A DNA stretch of 37,965 bases. Origin: Gammaproteobacteria bacterium. GTDB taxonomy: Bacteria; Pseudomonadota; Gammaproteobacteria; GCA-001735895. The translations under genes were made by a program, and so were the position numbers. The notes under the pieces are model-generated. The model was not told where the DNA came from, did not search any database, and saw only the letters and a list, made by a program, of their open reading frames with translations. Of the stretch, positions 17,123-25,655 are shown piece by piece. Location of the stretch: assembly GCA_049666745.1 (NCBI GenBank), contig JBATHL010000032.1, forward strand, positions 1 to 37,965, in the 5' to 3' direction. Positions within the stretch are counted from its first letter, which is position 1; the number at the start of each line of letters is the position of its first letter.

Positions 17123-20108
17123 GGACGAGTTCTCCTTCGGGGTCGATAAATACAGGATGGCAGACCTCGACTTTAAGCGTTTCATCGTCGAGCGGGAACA
17201 CCGCCTCGATCTGCTCACCATGTCGCGTAGCTCCGTCGACCAACAAGCCTAGCGCGATGCCACAATCGAGTTGCGGGCTGTAGGTCGTGGTGGTCACATG
17301 TCCCTGTGACTGGCTTACAGTCTCCAGGGTAACTGTTGGATCGACCAGGTGGGCACCGATGCGCAGGTTTCTGCCCGGTTCCAGGGACTTCAGCCCGACG
17401 ACCTGCAAGCGGCCCTCGGCCAGCAATGCCGGGCGCACGGAATTGTGCTTGCCGATGAAATGCTTGCTGCGATTGGCCATGCCTTCGAGACCCAGGTCCT
17501 GTGCGGTAGTACGACCATCGAGTTCGGAGCCGGCGACATGGCCTTTTTCGATACGCATGGTGCCGAGTGCCTCGGTGCCATAAACGGAGACCCCCATTTC
17601 CTTGCCCGCTTCGAGCAGTTCCAGCCAGGCCTGTTCACCATAGTCGGCGGGCACGTTGATTTCATAGGCGAGTTCGCCGGAGAATGAAATGCGGAACAGG
17701 CGTCCCGGGATGTTGTTCATCATGCACTCGCCGGCGCCCATGAAGGGAAAGGCTGCGTTGCTGATATCGATATCGATAACCTTTTCCAGTAGCTTGCGGC
17801 TATTGGGTCCGGCGACCGCGATGCCGGTCCATTGTTCGGTGACCGAACAAAATACCACGTCTAGCTCAGGCCATTCAGTCTGGTGATACTGCTCCATATG
17901 CGCGAGTACCGAGGCTGCGTTGGCGGTGGTGGTAGTCATGTAGAAATGATTCTCACCGAGGCGTGAGGTAGTGCCATCGTCGTAAACCATGCCATCCTCG
18001 CGCAGCATGGCGCCGTAGCGGGCCTTGCCAACCGGTAGTTTAAGCCAGTTGTTGATATACAGGCGGTTTAGAAATTCGGGCGCGTCCGGCCCCTGGATAT
18101 CAATCTTGCCGAGCGAGGTCACGTCGACCAGCGCGACATTGTCGCGGGTCGCGTTGGTTTCACGGATATAGCAGTCGTTCATCGTGTCGCCCGGTCTTTG
18201 CGGGTAATAACGCGCCCGCAACCACAGGCCGGCTTCGATAAACACGGCCCCCTGTTTCACATTCCAGTCATGGATCGCGGTACGGCGTATCGGCATGAAA
18301 TCCTGCCCGACGGTATGCCCGGCAAACACGCCCATCGCCACCGGCACGTAGGGTGGGCGAAAGGTCGTAATACCAACATCGGGCACCGGCTCACCACGCT
18401 GGCAGGCGAGAATCGCCAGCGCGTTTACGTTGCTGGTTTTGCCCTGGTCGGTCGCCATACCCTGGGTGGTGTAACGCTTCAGCAATTCGACCGAGTCGAA
18501 TCCCTCCTGCGAGGCCAGTGCGACATCGCTGGCCTTGACGTCGTTTTGCTGATCGACAAATTGCTTGTAGGACTTGTTGTAAGGGGTTGGCGAAATCCAC
18601 AATGCCTCGATCGCGTAGGCGGTTTCATCCTCGGCTTTGGCGGCACTGAAACCACTGCCTTCGAAGCCGGCAAGTCTGGCGGCTTCGATGCCTGCGGCGA
18701 CGCCCTGATCGAGGCATTGCTGCAGACCAAAGCTACCCTTTGCAGCACCGGCCGAGGTCTCTGCCTGGCGCGATTCACCCGGGACGAAGCTAGAGATCGA
18801 AGCATCGTATACCGGTTTGGCGCCCGACTGGCTGTGCAGATGCACATTGGGATTCCAGCCGCCGGAGCAGGCGATCATATCGCATTTTATGCGTTCCGGG
18901 TCCAGGGTATCGCCCTGGGTGGTAACAATCTGGGCGTACTTGACGTGGCGACTACCTTCGGCAGCGCCGACGGTGCCCCCGGTGATCAGGCGAATCGAAA
19001 GTTCTTCGAGTTCGGCTGCCAGGGGTGCCTGCGGATGCGCACGAGAATCGACTACCGCGGTGACGGCGACACCGGCGCGATGCAGGTCGAGCGCGGTTCG
19101 ATAAGCGTCATTATTGTTAGTCGCAACCACGGCTCGCCTGCCGGGTTTAACCCCATAGTGATTGACATAGGCCCGCACGGCTGAGGCAAGCATAATGCCC
19201 GGTTTGTCGTTGTTGCCGAAAACCAGTGGGCGCTCGGTTGCACCAGTGGCGATAACAACTCGTTGCGGGTAGAAGGTCCACATGCGCTGGCGTGGATGGC
19301 CCTTTGGCGGTACCGGCAGATGATCGCTTACCTTTTCGACCGCTGCGACCACATTGTGATCGTAATAACCAAACACGGTGGTGCGATTAAATACATGTAC
19401 ATTGTCCATGGCCTCGAGCTGTGCGACCGCCTCGGCCGCCCAGTCGCTGCCGGGTTTACCCTCAATGGTAAAATTCTCGGTGTTCAGCGAGCCACCCAGC
19501 AGCGGGTGTTCGTCCACCAGAATGACGCGCGCGTCAGACTCGGCTGCGGCCAGCGCGGCGGACAATCCGGCGGGTCCGGCACCGACCACCAGTACATCGC
19601 AGTGCTCATGGCATTGCTCGTAGGAATCAGGGTCGGCTTCGGTGGCGGCGGTACCGAGGCCTGCCGCGCGGCGGATGACATGCTCGTAGACGTTGGTCCA
19701 GAAAGAGACCGGCCACATGAAGGTCTTGTAGTAAAAGCCCGCCGACAGCAGCGGCGAAAACAGGTTATTCACCGACATGATATCGAAGGCCAGTGAAGGC
19801 CAGCGGTTTTGACTGTTTGCGACCAGGCCGTCGAACAGTTCGATCGTAGTCGCGCGTGTATTGGGTTCTTTGCGCGGGCCGGTACGCAATTCTACAATCG
19901 CGTTGGGTTCTTCAGAGCCGGCGGTCTGGATACCACGTGGACGATGATACTTGAAGCTGCGTCCTACCAGGTGCACGCCGTTGGCGAGTAGCGCGGAGGC
20001 GAGGGTATCGCCCTCATACCCCCGGTAGTGTTTACCGTCAAAGGTAAAACCGATCGAACGTCCGCGATTGATTCGGCCGCCGCTGGTGGTGCGAAATTGC
20101 TGAGTCAT
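17115..20108 (-). CDS. soxA: sarcosine oxidase alpha subunit
   Basis: 997 aa with the Rossmann motif CDVLVVGAGPAGLSAALAAAE and a C-terminal GcvT/folate-binding-like region. The ATG overlaps the soxD stop (ATGA). Confidence 0.95.
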   Translation of the reverse strand: MTQQFRTTSGGRINRGRSIGFTFDGKHYRGYEGDTLASALLANGVHLVGRSFKYHRPRGIQTAGSEEPNAIVELRTGPRKEPNTRATTIELFDGLVANSQNRWPSLAFDIMSVNNLFSPLLSAGFYYKTFMWPVSFWTNVYEHVIRRAAGLGTAATEADPDSYEQCHEHCDVLVVGAGPAGLSAALAAAESDARVILVDEHPLLGGSLNTENFTIEGKPGSDWAAEAVAQLEAMDNVHVFNRTTVFGYYDHNVVAAVEKVSDHLPVPPKGHPRQRMWTFYPQRVVIATGATERPLVFGNNDKPGIMLASAVRAYVNHYGVKPGRRAVVATNNNDAYRTALDLHRAGVAVTAVVDSRAHPQAPLAAELEELSIRLITGGTVGAAEGSRHVKYAQIVTTQGDTLDPERIKCDMIACSGGWNPNVHLHSQSGAKPVYDASISSFVPGESRQAETSAGAAKGSFGLQQCLDQGVAAGIEAARLAGFEGSGFSAAKAEDETAYAIEALWISPTPYNKSYKQFVDQQNDVKASDVALASQEGFDSVELLKRYTTQGMATDQGKTSNVNALAILACQRGEPVPDVGITTFRPPYVPVAMGVFAGHTVGQDFMPIRRTAIHDWNVKQGAVFIEAGLWLRARYYPQRPGDTMNDCYIRETNATRDNVALVDVTSLGKIDIQGPDAPEFLNRLYINNWLKLPVGKARYGAMLREDGMVYDDGTTSRLGENHFYMTTTTANAASVLAHMEQYHQTEWPELDVVFCSVTEQWTGIAVAGPNSRKLLEKVIDIDISNAAFPFMGAGECMMNNIPGRLFRISFSGELAYEINVPADYGEQAWLELLEAGKEMGVSVYGTEALGTMRIEKGHVAGSELDGRTTAQDLGLEGMANRSKHFIGKHNSVRPALLAEGRLQVVGLKSLEPGRNLRIGAHLVDPTVTLETVSQSQGHVTTTTYSPQLDCGIALGLLVDGATRHGEQIEAVFPLDDETLKVEVCHPVFIDPEGELVRA

Positions 20109-20395
20109 TCTGACCCACCCCCCTGCTGACTGATCGGCAGATTCGGCGAAGCCGGCACAATGCTGAAAATTTCGTGGGTTAGCGTATTGCGTTCCAGCAC
20201 CAGCCAGGCGCGGCAGCCATTGATGTGGTGCCAGTACTCGCGGTGCCGACCGGCGGGATTGTCACGCGTGTACACATAGTCGTACCAGGCGTCCTGCGAG
20301 GCGTCATCGGCGGGGCGTTCGACGGTGGCATCGCCACCATAAGAGAATTCGTCTTCATTGCGCAGCCCACACCAGGGGCATTCTATTCTTAGCAT
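20105..20395 (-). CDS. soxD: sarcosine oxidase delta subunit
   Basis: 96 aa. MLRIECPWCGLRNEDEFSYGGD...REYWHHINGCRAWL has the zinc-site Cys/His pattern typical of SoxD. It lies 11 nt downstream of soxB, with GGAGG in the gap. Confidence 0.9.
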   Translation of the reverse strand: MLRIECPWCGLRNEDEFSYGGDATVERPADDASQDAWYDYVYTRDNPAGRHREYWHHINGCRAWLVLERNTLTHEIFSIVPASPNLPISQQGGGSE

Positions 20396-20406
20396 GTCAT
20401 TACCTC

Positions 20407-21660
20407 CTAGTGTGCTTTGGGTGAGGCGCCAACGCCTTTTTCATCAAGCATATTGCCCTCACGAAAACGCTCCAGCGTGAACTCGGTATTCAACGCATGC
20501 GCCTTGTCATGCGCGATCGTATGTGCGAATACCCAGCCTGAAGCCGGAGTTGCCTTGAAACCGCCATAACACCAGCCGCCATTCATATAGAGATTATCAA
20601 TCGGGGTTTTACTGATAATCGGCGTTCCATCCATCGACATGTCCATGACGCCACCCCACTGGCGCAATACTCGCAACCGTGCCAGGCAGGGCATCATGGT
20701 GACGCCGCCGGCAACGACATGATTAAAGGTTGGCAGGTTGCCGCGTTGCGCGTAGGTGTTCCAGCCGTCTATGTCGCCACCGAAAACCAGGCCGCCCTTG
20801 TCCGACTGGCTAATGTAAAAATGACCCGCCCCAAAAGTGCAAACGGTATCCACCAACGGCTTGATACCTTCGGTTACGAAGGCCTGTAACACATGCGATT
20901 CGATCGGCAGTTTCATCCCGACCATATCAAATACGCGACTCGAGTTACCCGCCACCGCGACGCCAACCTTGCCCGCAGCGATAAAACCGCGGGAGGTTTC
21001 GACACCCAGTATCTTGTCGCCATCGCGTTTGATGCCGGTGACTTCGCACTTCTGGATTATGTCGACGCCGAGCCGATCAGCGCCACGCGCATATCCCCAG
21101 GCGACCGCATCGTGACGAGCGGTGCCGCCACGCGGCTGTGCCAGGCCCCCTTGAATCGGGAATCGCGTATTTTTAGAGAAATCGAGGTGTGGCATCAATT
21201 TCTTCACGCCTTCCAGATCGTGCATGACAGCGTCGACGCCATTCAGACGCATCGCGTTGCCGCGGCGGGCGAAGGCGTCACGCTGGGCGTCATTATGAAT
21301 AAGGTTCAATACGCCGCGCTGGCTGAACATGACGTTGTAATTCAAGTCCTGGCTCAGGCCTTCCCACAGTTTCATCGAATGCTCATAGAACTGCGAGTTG
21401 GGGTTCAGCATGTAGTTCGAGCGCACGATAGTCGTGTTGCGCCCGGTATTGCCGCCGCCGATATAACCTTTCTCCAATACAGCAACGTTGGTCACGCCGT
21501 GCAGTTTTGCCAGGTAGTAAGCGGTCGCGAGACCATGCCCTCCGCCACCGATGATGATAACGTCATATTTCTTCCTGGGCTCCGGATTACGCCAGGCCCT
21601 GGTCCAGCCACGATTGCCGGTTAATGCCTGTTTTACCAGGTTGAAAGCTGAATAATGCAT
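20407..21660 (-). CDS. soxB: sarcosine oxidase beta subunit
   Basis: 417 aa with YDVIIIGGGGHGLATAYYLA (FAD fold) and GGNTGRNTTIVRSNY; SoxB-like throughout. Confidence 0.95.
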   Translation of the reverse strand: MHYSAFNLVKQALTGNRGWTRAWRNPEPRKKYDVIIIGGGGHGLATAYYLAKLHGVTNVAVLEKGYIGGGNTGRNTTIVRSNYMLNPNSQFYEHSMKLWEGLSQDLNYNVMFSQRGVLNLIHNDAQRDAFARRGNAMRLNGVDAVMHDLEGVKKLMPHLDFSKNTRFPIQGGLAQPRGGTARHDAVAWGYARGADRLGVDIIQKCEVTGIKRDGDKILGVETSRGFIAAGKVGVAVAGNSSRVFDMVGMKLPIESHVLQAFVTEGIKPLVDTVCTFGAGHFYISQSDKGGLVFGGDIDGWNTYAQRGNLPTFNHVVAGGVTMMPCLARLRVLRQWGGVMDMSMDGTPIISKTPIDNLYMNGGWCYGGFKATPASGWVFAHTIAHDKAHALNTEFTLERFREGNMLDEKGVGASPKAH

Positions 21661-21773
21661 AAGCGCCGCTTTGGTTGAGTCTGCTATCAGAACACCCGGT
21701 GTCAGGTACCCGTAGCCTGCAGTTAGAGCCAGGTTAAGGAGGTGTCCCCTGCGAACGATAAGTTTAAACAGAA

Positions 21774-21839
21774 TGCGAATATCGCAGTCAACCGATAAAC
21801 GACCCGGCAGAGCACATAAACGACATGCGTAAACACGAT
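21774..21839. promoter_or_regulatory. candidate operator sites in the soxB / histidine-kinase divergent intergenic region
   Basis: There is a 13-bp palindrome TGCGAataTCGCA (21774-21786). An exact 9-nt direct repeat ATAAACGAC occurs at 21795-21803 and 21816-21824, with a 21-bp (two helical turns) phase. A degenerate third copy, gTAAACaCGAt, lies at 21829-21839. Confidence 0.35.
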
Positions 21840-21994
21840 CGAAATAGAAATAATCAATCGTGAATTATCCCGTTGTAGTCGTTACAGACGCAAACCCGAG
21901 CTATATTAACAGGTAAACCCCGGGGCGGGGCTTTCGGGAAAAATATATTAAATCATCCGGCAAACATTATCTGATTACGGGCGCAATCCTTTCG

Positions 21995-23635
21995 TTGCTT
22001 GTCTGGATTGTCTCGTATAGCTTCGTCGCCCGGGAAGAAGCGATGCGTTTAAAGGATGCCGCCGACCAGGCGCATCAAATCTCGGTGTTTTTCGAACGCC
22101 ATGTGGTCGGTATTTTTGACTACGGTGACGCGTATCTGAAGTTGGTACGACGTGAGTACCTGAGGAATTATGACCTCGCCCAGGTCGAGCGATTGATGGC
22201 CGAGGTCCCGCTCGACAAATCTATCGCATCCCACATCACCGTCATGGACGAAAACGGTGTACCTTTGCTGGTTTCCGGCCACGAGATCAAGCCAGGAGTA
22301 ACTGCCAGAGATCGCGATTACTTTAAATTCCAGCAGAACTCGCAAACTGATGAATTGCTCGTCTCAAGGCTACACAGGGGGCGTAACAGCGGTAAGCTTA
22401 TCATCAGGTTGGTGCGGCGCTTTGACAAACCGGATGGTGAATTCGGGGGCGTTATTTTTCTCGCACTCGAGGCTAAGCATATCACTGAATTTTTCAATAC
22501 CATGCAGATCGGGCCGAAGAGTTCTGCAACGCTGGTGGGTGACGACAAATTCGTTCGCTCCAGGTCTTCCTATGGGCCCAAAGGTCCGGGGCAGAATATC
22601 AGTGGATCGCAACTCTGGGAACGGCTCGAGGAAAATCCGGTAGGTCTGTATCTACAAACCAGCGTGGTCGACGATGTAACCCGTTACTACGCCTATAGGA
22701 AGCTGCCGAGTTTTCCGCTTATCGTCGCTATCGGATTATCGGTTGAAGATTTTCAGCATTCCATCGCGTCATCCAGATTCAATCACTATTCAATCGCTTT
22801 AATGGCGACATTCTTGATTGCGATTACATCGCTGTTTTTTTTCCGGCAACGTCAATTGCTGTTGGAGATAGAGATCAAAAACCGTGAATTAGAGCAGCGT
22901 GCCGATGAGATTGAGGCCAAGAATATTGAGCTTCAAACTCAAAATGCAGAGCTCGAGCGTTTTAACTACACGGTTTCTCACGATTTGAAAGCTCCGCTGG
23001 TTACTATCAAGGGTTTTCTCGGTTTTCTGAAGAAAGATATTGATACCGATAGTCCTGAGGCGATGGACAGGGATATCGATCAAATCGGTGCCGCTGCCGA
23101 TAAGATGACCCAGCTGCTGGATGAATTACTCGAACTGAGCAGGGTTGGCCGCCAGATGAATGCCCCGGAAGTTCGAGATCTGGGTTTGCTGGTGCATGAA
23201 GCCGTGGAACGGGTGACGATGCAAATAGAAGCACGGGGTGTAGACCTGCAGATTGCGGCTGACATGCCACAGGTTTACTGCGATCCGGGCAGATTGCATG
23301 AGGTGTTTCAGAACCTTATCGATAATTCGATAAAGTTCATGGGCGACCAGGAGAAGCCATGCATTGAAATCGGGGCTGAACGCGAAAATGATTGGGTTCA
23401 CTGCTGGGTGCGTGACAACGGTATCGGCATTGCATCGAAGTTTCATGAGCGGGTGTTCGAGTTATTTGATCGGCTCGATACTAAGATTGATGGTACCGGT
23501 ATCGGGCTGGCGTTAGTCAAACGTATCATCGAAGTGCATGGTGGTCGAATCTGGGTCGAGTCCGCGGGAGAAGGTCACGGCAGTGCTTTCCATTTCGAGC
23601 TGCCGGCGGCTGGCGATACGGACGCATCGCCATGA
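21995..23635 (+). CDS. sensor histidine kinase with a periplasmic Cache-like domain; no cognate response regulator in the window
   Basis: A ~245-aa extracytoplasmic segment sits before the second TM helix (HYSIALMATFLIAITSLFFF) and a coiled coil. The kinase motifs are the H-box FNYTVSHDLKAPL, N-box NLIDNSIKF, G1 VRDNGIGI and G2 GTGIGLALVKRI. The true start is probably upstream of TTG 21995 (see findings). Confidence 0.85.
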   Translation: MLVWIVSYSFVAREEAMRLKDAADQAHQISVFFERHVVGIFDYGDAYLKLVRREYLRNYDLAQVERLMAEVPLDKSIASHITVMDENGVPLLVSGHEIKPGVTARDRDYFKFQQNSQTDELLVSRLHRGRNSGKLIIRLVRRFDKPDGEFGGVIFLALEAKHITEFFNTMQIGPKSSATLVGDDKFVRSRSSYGPKGPGQNISGSQLWERLEENPVGLYLQTSVVDDVTRYYAYRKLPSFPLIVAIGLSVEDFQHSIASSRFNHYSIALMATFLIAITSLFFFRQRQLLLEIEIKNRELEQRADEIEAKNIELQTQNAELERFNYTVSHDLKAPLVTIKGFLGFLKKDIDTDSPEAMDRDIDQIGAAADKMTQLLDELLELSRVGRQMNAPEVRDLGLLVHEAVERVTMQIEARGVDLQIAADMPQVYCDPGRLHEVFQNLIDNSIKFMGDQEKPCIEIGAERENDWVHCWVRDNGIGIASKFHERVFELFDRLDTKIDGTGIGLALVKRIIEVHGGRIWVESAGEGHGSAFHFELPAAGDTDASP

Positions 23636-23661
23636 CGATAAACAGTGAGAGCGCGAAACTA

Positions 23662-24135
23662 TCAGCTATCTAATCTTGAAACATCGATGCTGTAATTGAC
23701 GAAACCGTCGGTGCCACCGGTAATCTTGTCGTATAAACCGCGCGCAACCGAATTGTGATTCTGGGTATGCCAGTAAATTTCACTCCAGCCCTGCAGCCTC
23801 GCTTCGTCGATCACCGCATCGATCAGTAGCTTGCCGATACCAGCGCCGCGAATACCCGGTAACACGAACAGGTCGTTGAGATAACAGACCGGGTTGGCGT
23901 ACCAGGTATGGGCGTGCGGGAAGAAGTGGACCAGACCAACCAGATTGTCGTCACCGGTTGTGGCGACCCGGCACTGAATTTGATGCGACGGATCCATAAT
24001 CCGCTGCCACAGCAGATCGGTAACCTCATCCTCCAGGCTCGATTCGTAAAATGCGAGATAACCCTGCCATAGATCATCCCACTGTGGGCGATCTGATGCA
24101 GTGGCAGGTCGTAAATTGAATTGAGGAGAGGACAT
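23662..24135 (-). CDS. GNAT family N-acetyltransferase
   Basis: The start is taken at ATG 24135 (MSSPQFNLRPATASD...). The acetyl-CoA motif A is LPGIRGAGIGKLLIDAVIDEAR. It is divergent from the creatinase gene. Confidence 0.8.
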   Translation of the reverse strand: MSSPQFNLRPATASDRPQWDDLWQGYLAFYESSLEDEVTDLLWQRIMDPSHQIQCRVATTGDDNLVGLVHFFPHAHTWYANPVCYLNDLFVLPGIRGAGIGKLLIDAVIDEARLQGWSEIYWHTQNHNSVARGLYDKITGGTDGFVNYSIDVSRLDS

Positions 24136-24291
24136 ATTGTTTTCGTTTGAGGATAATCGGCAGACGGGAATTATATCTTGCCTGACATCGACGCGCTGGA
24201 TAAAATCGCTGCCCGCTGGCAACGATGGCGTCGCTGCCGATTAAGCCGATACTTTGATCCTGTACGCCGGGACATTTTCGGAGTGATTACT

Positions 24292-25509
24292 ATGTCTCAA
24301 AGCCAACGTCCCGGGTTCTTCGCACTGGAAAACGGTGCTAAAGCAAACCTGCCTTTTTCCGATACCGAGTATGAAAATCGCCTCAGCGGATTGCGCCAGC
24401 TAATGGCCAGTAATGAAGTCGATGCGATGCTGCTGACCTCGATGCATAACATCGCCTACTATTCCGGTTTCCTGTACTGCTCGTTCGGCCGCCCTTATGC
24501 CTGCGTGGTAACTGCCGAGCGCTGTGTTACGGTGTCGGCGAATATCGATCTGGGCCAACCCTGGCGCCGCTGCTACGGTGAGAACGTGATTTATACCGAC
24601 TGGCAGCGTAACAACTATTGGCGTGCGGTGAAGTCGGTGCTGCCGAAGCTGCATCGACTTGGTATCGAGGGTGATCACATGACGCTGGCGGCAAGGGAGT
24701 TGATGGATGAATTCCTGGGTGGCGCCGAAGTCTGCGACCTGAATCGCGAGGTTATGGGTCTGCGCATGATCAAGTCGGGCGAAGAAATAGAATTGATAAA
24801 AGGCGGTGCGCGTACTGCCGACATCGGCGGTGAAGCGATTCGCGACGCGATCCAGGTCGGAACACGTGAAATCGATGTTGCGATGGCCGGACGCGATGCG
24901 ATGGAGCTCGAGATATCGCGCGCTTACCCCGATAGCGAAATTCGCGATTCCTGGGTGTGGTTTCAGTCGGGACTGAATACCGACGGGGCGCATAACCCGG
25001 TGACGACACGTGCGCTGGAAGCGGGCGACATTCTGAGCCTGAATACCTTTCCGATGATCTCGGGTTACTACACCGCACTTGAGCGCACTCTGTTCATCGG
25101 CGAACCTGACCCCGCCTCACTAAAGATCTGGAAGGCCAATGTCGGTGCGCATGAGCTGGGACTGTCGCTGATCAAACCGGGGGTGACATGCTCGGGCATT
25201 TGCGCGGAAATCAATCGCTATTTTGCCGACCTGGACCTGCTGCAATACCGTACCTTTGGGTATGGGCATTCTTTTGGCATTTTGTCGCATTACTATGGTC
25301 GTGAGGCGGGCCTGGAATTGCGTGAAGATATAGATACCGTGCTTGAACCGGGGATGGTGGTTTCGATGGAGCCGATGTTGACGCTGCCCCAGGGCTTGCC
25401 GGGTGCCGGTGGTTATCGTGAGCATGATATCCTGGTAGTTGGTGAAAACAGCGTCGAAAATATTACCGGCTTCCCCTACGGGCCCGAGCACAATATTATT
25501 GCGGCTTGA
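24292..25509 (+). CDS. creatinase (creatine amidinohydrolase), M24 fold
   Basis: ATG 24292 has GGAG 8 nt upstream. Long blocks match Pseudomonas creatinase as I remember it: YYSGFLYCSFGRPYA, NVIYTDWQR.NY, WFQSGLNTDGAHNPVTTR, GDILSLN.FPMI.GYYTALERTLF, LQYRTFGYGHSFG.LSHYYGREAGLELREDIDTVLEPGMVVSMEPM, GAGGYREHDIL. The track's TTG 24178 extension is not supported. Confidence 0.9.
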   Translation: MSQSQRPGFFALENGAKANLPFSDTEYENRLSGLRQLMASNEVDAMLLTSMHNIAYYSGFLYCSFGRPYACVVTAERCVTVSANIDLGQPWRRCYGENVIYTDWQRNNYWRAVKSVLPKLHRLGIEGDHMTLAARELMDEFLGGAEVCDLNREVMGLRMIKSGEEIELIKGGARTADIGGEAIRDAIQVGTREIDVAMAGRDAMELEISRAYPDSEIRDSWVWFQSGLNTDGAHNPVTTRALEAGDILSLNTFPMISGYYTALERTLFIGEPDPASLKIWKANVGAHELGLSLIKPGVTCSGICAEINRYFADLDLLQYRTFGYGHSFGILSHYYGREAGLELREDIDTVLEPGMVVSMEPMLTLPQGLPGAGGYREHDILVVGENSVENITGFPYGPEHNIIAA

Positions 25510-25517
25510 TCCTGTGG

Positions 25518-25575
25518 CTGGCCTGTCGTCCCCGCGCTAGACGAGATCACAGGCCAGTCCTGTAGTATTTTATAG
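25518..25575 (+). terminator. candidate terminator hairpin after creatinase
   Basis: The stem is CTGGCCTGT (25518-25526) / ACAGGCCAG (25549-25557), with an inner cgtc/gacg extension, followed by T-rich tcctgtagtatttta. The loop is large, so this is only moderately convincing. Confidence 0.35.
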
Positions 25576-25655
25576 ATAAGCGTTTGTGCGCTGGATATCC
25601 GCATTCACCGATCTACAAGCACAGCGCGAATGTTATTGATTTAGACTGAGGTCAC

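Noticed and set aside
17123-17221. Longer soxG start at 17221 or 17185.
   Set aside because: The extra residues (MVSRSRRCSRSTMKRLKSRS...) overlap the 3' end of soxA and look non-protein-like. GTG 17122 has an AAGGAG SD and gives a typical ~200-aa SoxG.
21661-21770. Possible glycine or THF riboswitch in the soxB leader.
   Set aside because: I read the minus-strand leader and found no match to the glycine-riboswitch core (paired GGAGAG...CACCG-type aptamers) or any other riboswitch consensus I know. This cannot be excluded without an Infernal scan.
24178-24291. TTG-initiated 38-aa extension of the creatinase ORF, and a 9-bp inverted repeat AATCGGCAG (24155-63) / CTGCCGATT (24234-42) in the same gap.
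   Set aside because: Creatinase homology starts at ATG 24292, which has a GGAG SD, and the extension is Arg/Trp-rich. The inverted repeat is separated by 70 nt and is unsupported by anything else. I noted it but it is too weak to call a regulatory element.
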